Under the pieces are notes generated by a model. The model saw only the letters and a list, made by a program, of their open reading frames with translations, did not search any database and was not told where the DNA came from. Shown here one piece after another: positions 25,337 to 32,000 of a stretch of DNA of 32,000 bases; position 1 is the stretch's first letter; each line of letters begins with the position of its first letter. Source of the stretch: Thermococcus kodakarensis KOD1 (GTDB lineage Archaea > Methanobacteriota_B > Thermococci > Thermococcales > Thermococcaceae); contig NC_006624.1 of assembly GCF_000009965.1 (NCBI RefSeq), positions 120,001-152,000 on the forward strand. The letters run 5' to 3'. The position numbers were made by a program, and so were the translations under genes.

Positions 25337-25954
25337 ATGTACCGCATAAAGGACGAGTGGGGGGAGTTCCTCGTCAGGCTCGCGAGGAGGGCAGTTGAGG
25401 AGTACGTCAGGCATAAGAGGGTCATAGAGCCGCCTGAAGACACTCCCACTGAGCTCTGGGAGAAGATGGGCGTCTTCGTAACCCTCAACAGGCACAACGT
25501 TCCTCCCCAGATGGCACTGAGAGGATGCATCGGCTTTCCGCTCCCGATATACCCGCTCGTTGAGGCAACGATAAAGGCGGCGATATACGCGGCTGTTGAT
25601 GATCCGCGCTTTCCGCCAGTCCAGCCCGAGGAGCTTGACGAGCTTACCGTTGAAGTCAGCGTCTTAACCCCGCCAGAGCTCGTAGAGGGCCCGCCTGAGG
25701 GGAGGCCTAAGAAGATAAAGGTCGGGAGGGACGGCCTTCTCATAGAGAAGGGCATTTACTCGGGCCTGCTCCTGCCTCAGGTTCCAGTCGAATGGGGCTG
25801 GGACGAGGAGGAGTTCCTTGCCCAGACCTGCTGGAAGGCCGGCCTTCCACCCGACTGCTGGCTCGACCCAGATACGAAGGTCTACCGCTTCACCGCTGAG
25901 ATTTTCGAAGAGGAGTATCCGAGAGGGCCAGTGAGAAGGAAACCGCTGGTGTGA
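25337..25954 (+). CDS. AMMECR1-domain protein
   Basis: Hallmark LRGCIG motif and family-typical length (205 aa). GGAGGTGAT RBS. Confidence 0.9.
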   Translation: MYRIKDEWGEFLVRLARRAVEEYVRHKRVIEPPEDTPTELWEKMGVFVTLNRHNVPPQMALRGCIGFPLPIYPLVEATIKAAIYAAVDDPRFPPVQPEELDELTVEVSVLTPPELVEGPPEGRPKKIKVGRDGLLIEKGIYSGLLLPQVPVEWGWDEEEFLAQTCWKAGLPPDCWLDPDTKVYRFTAEIFEEEYPRGPVRRKPLV

Positions 25955-26009
25955 AGTTGGGAGATACAATGGGGCAGCTGGAGAATACAGAAGGTCTCGG
26001 GCGAAAACA

Positions 26010-26606
26010 TCAATCTTCCTGGAGTTTTTCAATTTCCTCTTCCAGTCTCTTCAGCTTTCCCTTGAACCTTCTGACCTGGGCGTTTGCTAGGTTTACGATT
26101 TTCTCAATGTAAGCTTCATCGACCCACAGTTCCCCGTTCTCGCCCAGCGGGACGTCCATCCTCTCGGTTGAACGTATCTCAACGACCAGCTTTTTGTGGC
26201 TCACGCTCTTTATGTTGGAGTACTTGAAGCCGAGCCCTATGGCAAGGTTTAACAGTCTCACAGCGTCCTCAAGGGTTCTCGCCCCAACGTGGAGTATTGG
26301 ACTCCTGACCAGAAACCAGAGCTGGCCGGAGCGGTGTTTTCCCACCGCCTCAAGGACTTCTTCGAGCCTGACCTCCCTGTGCCACTTGCCGAGCCAGACG
26401 GAATTCACCTTGTCACCGAAGTGCGGCATCTCCATGACCGAAATCCTTCCCGAGCAGGATGAGGTCGTGAAGTAGTTTTGGAGGGCGTTTATCTTCTCCA
26501 GGAGCGGGATTATGTCATGATCCACCTTGTCCTCTTCAAGGGCCTTCCTCAGGCCTTCCATCGCCTTTTCCTTCTGCTCGTCGAAGTTTTCAGTGTAGAG
26601 GAACAC
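26010..26606 (-). CDS. taw3: tRNA(Phe) wyosine-derivative methyltransferase Taw3 (TYW3 homologue)
   Basis: TSSCSGRI motif and TYW3-like length. GTG 26606 lies 4 nt after GGTGATC. Confidence 0.84.
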   Translation of the reverse strand: MFLYTENFDEQKEKAMEGLRKALEEDKVDHDIIPLLEKINALQNYFTTSSCSGRISVMEMPHFGDKVNSVWLGKWHREVRLEEVLEAVGKHRSGQLWFLVRSPILHVGARTLEDAVRLLNLAIGLGFKYSNIKSVSHKKLVVEIRSTERMDVPLGENGELWVDEAYIEKIVNLANAQVRRFKGKLKRLEEEIEKLQED

Positions 26607-26632
26607 GCCTGATCACCTCGCTGTGTATTGTC

Positions 26633-26965
26633 TCACTTTTCTAGGAGAATCAGCCTTAGGTTTGAGACTTGGGCTATTTCTAAAAAATCGGAGTCGTGTG
26701 TTATTAGCTCCTCCCCGCGATTTACACAGATGGCAGCGATTAACAGGTCGGCAAAGCCCCGTGGTGTCCCCCTCTCCAAAAGTTTTTCCTGAAGCTTATG
26801 GGCAAGAATAAAATCATCGAGAACAGGGAAGAGGACGTCTCCCCTAAACTTCGAGTATCTCACGATGCGGGGGAACTCCACGAAAGTAACCCCTGTTATG
26901 TTTTCGGAAATCTCCTCGCCTTTTCTGACTTTCTCGATGACAACGTTTGTATCTAAGACAACCAC
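26633..26965 (-). CDS. vapC: PIN-domain ribonuclease toxin (VapC-type)
   Basis: N-terminal VVLDTNVVI and C-terminal ITHDSDF acidic motifs. 110 aa. Overlaps the upstream small gene by 13 nt. Confidence 0.82.
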   Translation of the reverse strand: MVVLDTNVVIEKVRKGEEISENITGVTFVEFPRIVRYSKFRGDVLFPVLDDFILAHKLQEKLLERGTPRGFADLLIAAICVNRGEELITHDSDFLEIAQVSNLRLILLEK

Positions 26966-27174
26966 TTCAACCGCCCCTTGTCTTTTTTCCTGATTTCTTC
27001 TATCCCCTCTGGAACTTCAACGTTCTCACTGGTCTCCTTTACGTCGAGTAGCCGCCTTATTTCTTCAATGTTCATCTTTTCCGGAGAGCTCTCCAACAAT
27101 GCTCGCATGAAAGCCTCTTTAAACTTCTTCTCATCAACCCAGTCTGGAACTGAGATTGTGATTACCTTTCCCAT
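26953..27174 (-). CDS. vapB: putative antitoxin (ribbon-helix-helix-like N-terminus), VapB-type
   Basis: 73 aa. KVITISVPDWVDEKKFKEAF fits a beta-strand plus helix RHH start. Position and overlap are typical of type II TA pairs. GGTGG RBS. Confidence 0.62.
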   Translation of the reverse strand: MGKVITISVPDWVDEKKFKEAFMRALLESSPEKMNIEEIRRLLDVKETSENVEVPEGIEEIRKKDKGRLKWLS

Positions 27175-27209
27175 CTTCCACCACTGTTGGAAGTTTGTCA
27201 GTCTGATAT

Positions 27210-29195
27210 TTAATGTTTCTTACCGTCAATCTCAATGAACGTGCCCCTCTCCCTCACGAACTCTATGAACCTCCTGTAAGTTGGATGGTTTGAAAGCGTT
27301 GAGGAGTCCCCAACAGCTATTAACTTTCTCTTGGCCCTCGTGAGTGAGACGTTGAGCCTCCTAAGGTCTGTAAGGAAGCCAAGCTCTCCCCTTCTGTTGG
27401 AGCGGACGAAAGACAGCACGATGATCTCTTTTTCTCTTCCCTGGTAGCCGTCAACCGTTTTTACCTCAATATCTTCGCCCACCATTGAGCTTATCAGGTC
27501 CCTCTGGTCGTCATAGGGCGTGATTACACCTATCCAGTCAGGCTTCACGCCCATCTCAAGGAGCTTCTCAACGGTCTCAGTGACGAGCTTCGCCTCAAGC
27601 GGGTTCTCTCTGCTGTCGCTCCCGCGCCTCTGCCTCTCGAAGCGATCTTCCCTCTTTGAGGTGTCAATAAAGACCAGCACGTTTTCAGGCTTAAGGGCTT
27701 CGTCCCAGAAGTTTCCGAACTCGGGCTCGCTGACCCCAAGGTCGGCCAGCGTGATATTTTTAACGCTCTCATGGGCCTTTATCTTCCCGTCGTAGAACTC
27801 CCTGCTCGGGAACTCCATCAGTCTCTCGTTCATCCTGTACTGGACCGTAAGCATCTCACTCTTTTCTGGATAGCGCTCGATGAGGCCTTCAAAGAGGGTC
27901 TTTGACAGCTCCTTTGCCTTCTCGCTCAGTATCGTCGGCGGAAGCTGTTTGTGGTCTCCAGCAAGCACGAACCTTTTTGCTCTGTTTATCGGGATAAGAA
28001 CGCTCGGAATCGTTGCCTGCGTCGCCTCGTCTATTACAGCGACATCGTATTCGCCGTAGTCAACCACTTCCAAGCCGGCTGAGGCGTTCGTAGTCAGAAC
28101 CACGTCGGCTTCCTGGATTATCTCCCTGGCTATTCTTTCTTCAAGCTTTCTCGCATCGTCGAACGTCTTTTGCACCTGCTGGTTTATCCTAATCCACTCA
28201 GCCATCTCCCTGATGAGTCTTGCAGGAACTCCCCTCGTCCCGATTCCCTTTTCAGCGAGCCTCAGAATCTCCCTGTCGCTCAGACCCCTACGGTATTTTG
28301 GTGCGGGCTTTGTGAAGGTGTCCCTTTTCTCCTTGAGGTTCTCACCTATGACCCTAAGCTCCCTAAGCTCAGCATAGAGGTCGTGCTGGGTGATGAGGTA
28401 AGCCAGTGTCGTCTCGTGGAGGGCCTTTGAGACCCTGCTCGGGTGGCCAATCCTTACCACCTTCAACCCTGAATCTGCGAGCCTCTCAACTATGTTGTCA
28501 ACGGCAACGTTGCTCTCGGCGGTTGCGAGAACCTTATGGCCCCTCGCCACCTCCTGCCTTATCAGCTCTACCAGGGTTCTCGTTTTTCCAGTTCCAAAAG
28601 GCCCGTGAACGAGGAAGAAGTCTCCGCTGCCAAGGGCCTTTGCTATTGCCCCCCTCTGGCTCGCGTTCAGGCTCTTGTCGAAGGGCTGGAACTCAACGGG
28701 TTCGCTCTCCTCAGGCTCCCTAAGGCCGAGGTACAGCTCAAGGGCCTTTCTCCCGCTCTCCCTCAGGTTGTCGAGGTTCTCCATCCAGCGCTTGAAAGTT
28801 ATGTCGTTCGCGTAGAGGTCAATCCTGACGCCCTTAAGCGCCCACTCCGGGACAGTTTCTATGGCAACGGTGAGAAAGCGCTTTCCCTTCTCCACGACGG
28901 TTCCAACGAGGTCGCTCTTGAGCGGGTCACGTTTGCTGATTACAACGAGGTCGCCGACGCTTATCTCGGTCTTTATCTCCCTATCCCTTCCATACCTCAC
29001 CAGAAAATAGCCGAGCTCCTCCCCGATTACCTTTCCGTTGAGGCCGAGAACGGCCCTCCCAACTTTCTCTCGCTCCCTGCCGCTGAGGCGCCTCATCTCT
29101 AAGCGCATAGCCTCTATCTCGGCCCTCCGCTCCATCTCAACGAGTTCCTTGAGGTGAGCGATGAACTTTGACAGCAGTACTTCTTTTTCGTTCAT
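27210..29195 (-). CDS. Upf1-like superfamily 1B helicase (IGHMBP2/Dna2-type core), 661 aa
   Basis: Motifs [57 protein letters not shown]. Start set at ATG 29195 (MNEKEVLL), because the track's 27 extra codons lie in the promoter region. Confidence 0.87.
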   Translation of the reverse strand: MNEKEVLLSKFIAHLKELVEMERRAEIEAMRLEMRRLSGREREKVGRAVLGLNGKVIGEELGYFLVRYGRDREIKTEISVGDLVVISKRDPLKSDLVGTVVEKGKRFLTVAIETVPEWALKGVRIDLYANDITFKRWMENLDNLRESGRKALELYLGLREPEESEPVEFQPFDKSLNASQRGAIAKALGSGDFFLVHGPFGTGKTRTLVELIRQEVARGHKVLATAESNVAVDNIVERLADSGLKVVRIGHPSRVSKALHETTLAYLITQHDLYAELRELRVIGENLKEKRDTFTKPAPKYRRGLSDREILRLAEKGIGTRGVPARLIREMAEWIRINQQVQKTFDDARKLEERIAREIIQEADVVLTTNASAGLEVVDYGEYDVAVIDEATQATIPSVLIPINRAKRFVLAGDHKQLPPTILSEKAKELSKTLFEGLIERYPEKSEMLTVQYRMNERLMEFPSREFYDGKIKAHESVKNITLADLGVSEPEFGNFWDEALKPENVLVFIDTSKREDRFERQRRGSDSRENPLEAKLVTETVEKLLEMGVKPDWIGVITPYDDQRDLISSMVGEDIEVKTVDGYQGREKEIIVLSFVRSNRRGELGFLTDLRRLNVSLTRAKRKLIAVGDSSTLSNHPTYRRFIEFVRERGTFIEIDGKKH

Positions 29196-29273
29196 TTTCC
29201 TTCCCAGAGCGGGAAGGCCGGGTTGACTTAAAAGAGTTGCCCGCTGTTGTCCTTCCTGAAAAGAGGTACAAGA

Positions 29274-29295
29274 CATGAGAAAGGAAAAGAAGAAA
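29274..29295 (-). terminator. oligo-T tract (minus strand TTTCTTCTTTTCCTTTCTC) after the DUF35 gene
   Basis: Sits directly downstream of the stop at 29296-29298. It is followed by a TATA-like CTTTTAAGT for the helicase gene. Confidence 0.4.
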
Positions 29296-29700
29296 TCACT
29301 TCATAGGCGGCCTGAACTTGTAGCCGTAGAGGATTATGCCGTCCTCGCCGAACTCCCTTATCTTCCTTGTCACCATCTCGACTTCCATGCCCTCGTGGAT
29401 TTCTTCGGGATCAACGTCGGTCAGCTGGGCCAGGACGACTAGCCCTTCCTCGAGCTCGACGAGAGCCAAAGGATACGGCTTGTAGTACTCGAAGCCGCTC
29501 GGCGGGTTCCTCACTATAGTCCAGCTGATGACCTTACCCTTTCCGCTGAACTGGTATTCCTCAACGTTCCTTGAGCCACAGACAGGGCAGACGGGCCTCT
29601 TCGGGAAGAACACGTGATCGTTCTCGCACTTGCCCCCGATGAGGGCGTACTTCTCACGGAAGTGTCTCCAGTGCCTAGCAACCTGCATCGGCCTCCCCAT
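29296..29700 (-). CDS. DUF35 Zn-ribbon/OB-fold protein (scaffold of the archaeal thiolase/HMG-CoA synthase complex)
   Basis: CPVCGS zinc-ribbon motif followed by an OB-fold region. Sits 1 nt downstream of the thiolase gene. Confidence 0.87.
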   Translation of the reverse strand: MGRPMQVARHWRHFREKYALIGGKCENDHVFFPKRPVCPVCGSRNVEEYQFSGKGKVISWTIVRNPPSGFEYYKPYPLALVELEEGLVVLAQLTDVDPEEIHEGMEVEMVTRKIREFGEDGIILYGYKFRPPMK

Positions 29701-29701
29701 T

Positions 29702-30877
29702 TCAGACCCTCCTCAGGACGTTAACTGTGATGTTTGAACCTGTCCCACCTATGTTCTGGGTCAGGCCAACCTCGGCGTCGGGAACCTGTATCCCTTCGGG
29801 AGCCTCTCCGCGGAGCTGGAGAACCGCTTCAACTGTCTGGTAAACACCGGTCGCTCCGACCGGGTGTCCCCTGGCTTTGAGTCCTCCCATCGTTTGTATC
29901 GGGTAGTCACCGTCGATGGCTATCTGTCCCTCTTTCGCGAGCATTGCTCCCTTGCCCTTCTCCGCAACGCCGAGGGCCTCGAGGCTGAGCGCAGCCATCA
30001 CCGTGAAGGCATCGTGAACCTCGAAGAAGTCGATGTCCTTAGCCGTTACCCCCGCCATCTTGTAGGCCTTCTCGGCCGCGACCTTGGCGGCTTTGAGCGT
30101 CAGGAAGTCCTCTCTGTTTGCAAAGTTTATGGTGTCGATTGCCCTCCAGAATCCAGCGAGCTCGACCATCTTGTCCTTCGGGACACCGAGCTCCTTCGCC
30201 TTCTCCTTTGAGGTTATTATCACAGCGGCTGCACCGTCGCACATTGGCGCAGCATCGAAGAGCTTGAGCGGGTCTGCAACGTAGGGACTCTTGAGGACGG
30301 TATCAACCGTTATCGGCCTCTTGAACATAGCGTAGGGGTTCTTGGCACCGTTTGCGTGGGCGTTGACGGCGAAGTGGGCCAAGTCCTCCTCGGTGTAGCC
30401 GTAGGTCTTCATGTAGAGCCTCATGATGAGAGCGTTAAGTGCCACGAAGCTAGCCCCGTGGAAGAGCTCGTACTCGGCGTCGGCCGCGTAGGCCAGATAT
30501 CTGGTAGCGTCGCTCGGCCAGGCGTCGGTCATCTTCTCGACGCCGACGACGGCAACGATGTCCTCAAGGCCGGCCATTACGGCCTTTGCTCCTTCCTGAA
30601 CGGCCGCACCGCCGCTTCCACAGGCGGCCTCAACCTTTACCGCTGGGATGTTTCCAAGGCCTGCCCAGTCGGCTATAAGGGCACCCAAGTTCTCCTGCTC
30701 GATGAATGAGCCTGAGGCCATGTTTCCAACGTAGAGCGAATCAACCTTGTCTATTCCAGCGTCGTCCATCGCATTGAGAAGGGCCTCAACGGCCATGTCC
30801 CTGAGTGAGACTCTCCAGTGCTCGCCGACGGGAACCATACCAACTCCAATTATGACGGGCTTCTCCATTTCAACCAC
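29702..30877 (-). CDS. acetyl-CoA acetyltransferase (archaeal thiolase)
   Basis: Catalytic-Cys region VEAACGSGGAA. C-terminal GGLKARGHPVGATG and NIGGTGS motifs. Confidence 0.92.
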   Translation of the reverse strand: MVEMEKPVIIGVGMVPVGEHWRVSLRDMAVEALLNAMDDAGIDKVDSLYVGNMASGSFIEQENLGALIADWAGLGNIPAVKVEAACGSGGAAVQEGAKAVMAGLEDIVAVVGVEKMTDAWPSDATRYLAYAADAEYELFHGASFVALNALIMRLYMKTYGYTEEDLAHFAVNAHANGAKNPYAMFKRPITVDTVLKSPYVADPLKLFDAAPMCDGAAAVIITSKEKAKELGVPKDKMVELAGFWRAIDTINFANREDFLTLKAAKVAAEKAYKMAGVTAKDIDFFEVHDAFTVMAALSLEALGVAEKGKGAMLAKEGQIAIDGDYPIQTMGGLKARGHPVGATGVYQTVEAVLQLRGEAPEGIQVPDAEVGLTQNIGGTGSNITVNVLRRV

Positions 30878-30878
30878 C

Positions 30879-31931
30879 TCACAGTATGTACTTGCCCCTG
30901 TGCTTCGCGTAGAGGGCGTAGTCTATGTACTTCTTTCTGTTCACGTAGTCCATGGTCTTTGGAGCCAGGTCCCTCTTCTCCTCTATCGCGTCCTGGACGA
31001 CGAGGCTGAATGCGTCACTTCCAGCTCCTGAACCAAAGCTTACCCACAGAATCCTGTCGCCGGGCTTGGCTATGTCGAGAACCGCCGATACACCCACGAG
31101 GGTAGCGCCGCTGTATGTGTTGCCTATTATTCCGCTGAGGAGTCCTGGAAGGACCTTCTCCTTCGGGAAGCCGAGGATTTTGGCGGCGGTGAGCGGGAAC
31201 TTGACGTTCGGCTGGTGGAAGACGGCGTAGTCGAAGTCGTTCGGCGTGTAGCCGAGCTCCTCCATGAGGGTCTTTGCGGCGTTTATTATCTGGTGGAAGT
31301 AGGCGGGCTCACCTGTGAAGCGGTTACCGTGCCTCGGGTAGTGCTCGTGCTGCCTCCTCCAGAAGTCGGGGGTGTCGGTGACGTATGAGTAGCTCGCCTC
31401 GAAGTAAGCCAGGGTCTCGGAGCTCTTTGGAGCGAGAATGTAGGCGGCTCCTCCTGCCGCGGCCGTGAACTCAAGGTGGTCGCCGGGCCTGCCCTGCGAG
31501 GTGTCTGCACCGATAGCCATCGCGTAGTCGGCCATTCCCGAACCGACGAAGCCAATAGCTGCCTGTATAGCCTCGGTTCCGGCCTTGCAGGCAAACTCAA
31601 AGTCAGCGGCATCTAAATCTGGCGTTGCACCAATTGCCTCGGCTATAACCGTTCCGCTCGGCTTGACGGCGTAGGGCTTGCTCTCGGTTCCGAGCCAGAT
31701 GGCCCTGATAAGCTTAGGGTCGATCTGGGCCCTCTTGAGGGCGTTTCTCGCGGCTTCAATGCCGATTGTTATCGTATCCTCATCAAGACCGGGGACGGAC
31801 TTCTCCTGGATCGGGAAGCTGCTAACTCCCCAGACCCTTCCTATCTCCTCTGCCTTGATTCTATACATCGGCACGTAGGCGCCGTAGCCGATAATGCCGA
31901 CCTCCCTCTTGGGCTTCAGGAGTTTGCTCAT
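30879..31931 (-). CDS. hydroxymethylglutaryl-CoA synthase
   Basis: GYGAYVP start, catalytic [16 protein letters not shown] His motif. GGTGAT RBS. 1-nt gap to the thiolase gene. Confidence 0.93.
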   Translation of the reverse strand: MSKLLKPKREVGIIGYGAYVPMYRIKAEEIGRVWGVSSFPIQEKSVPGLDEDTITIGIEAARNALKRAQIDPKLIRAIWLGTESKPYAVKPSGTVIAEAIGATPDLDAADFEFACKAGTEAIQAAIGFVGSGMADYAMAIGADTSQGRPGDHLEFTAAAGGAAYILAPKSSETLAYFEASYSYVTDTPDFWRRQHEHYPRHGNRFTGEPAYFHQIINAAKTLMEELGYTPNDFDYAVFHQPNVKFPLTAAKILGFPKEKVLPGLLSGIIGNTYSGATLVGVSAVLDIAKPGDRILWVSFGSGAGSDAFSLVVQDAIEEKRDLAPKTMDYVNRKKYIDYALYAKHRGKYIL

Positions 31932-31983
31932 ATGACATCACCTTCAAACTTTGAAAAGTCCCTGGGGACTGTGAGAAAGGGCC

Positions 31984-31991
31984 TTATAAAA
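31984..31991 (-). promoter_or_regulatory. TATA box (minus strand CTTTTATAAGG) for the HMGCS-thiolase-DUF35 operon
   Basis: Consensus-like TTTTATAA about 55 nt upstream of ATG 31931. Confidence 0.5.
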
Positions 31992-32000
31992 GTCTTTCGG

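Noticed and set aside
1-32000. Searched for CRISPR arrays, IS/transposase or integrase genes, tRNA/rRNA genes, and large direct or inverted repeats.
   Set aside because: I saw no regularly spaced ~30-bp repeats, no transposase or integrase-like ORF, and no cloverleaf-like or rRNA-like segment. The only repeats seen are the short promoter-proximal ones reported above.

Overview
This is a dense chromosomal segment with about 34 protein-coding genes. By eye I found no rRNA, tRNA, CRISPR array or IS element. It comes from a hyperthermophilic euryarchaeon of the Thermococcales. The evidence is GGTGAT/GGAGGTGA ribosome-binding sites, AAA-N-TTTATAA BRE/TATA promoters, oligo-T terminators and E/K/V-rich proteins. 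Most of it is conserved core metabolism and information processing. Recognisable genes include pdaD, gcvH, a RecJ-like (HAN-type) nuclease, an MCP, a purine permease, endonuclease IV, AMMECR1, Taw3, an SF1B helicase and the DUF35/thiolase/HMG-CoA synthase mevalonate-entry trio. The gene order matches my recollection of Thermococcus kodakarensis around TK0148-TK0181, but that is memory, not a search result.

The best candidate for an undescribed system is a six-gene, translationally coupled minus-strand operon at 13888-18937. It encodes a small secreted protein, a C-terminally anchored extracellular protein and a heavily sequon-decorated PEGA-repeat surface protein. These are followed by an ABC-2 permease, a small bitopic protein and an ABC ATPase. 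The two promoter-proximal genes and the 421-bp upstream spacer are markedly AT-richer than their surroundings.

Secondary candidates are:
- a stand-alone RAM-domain protein plus a GbsR-type wHTH pair, behind a perfect 18-bp palindrome that overlaps their BRE
- an orphan B12-like radical SAM enzyme
- a YkoF-like/DUF373/coiled-coil operon
- a PspC/3-TM/CitG-like operon
- a vapBC cassette
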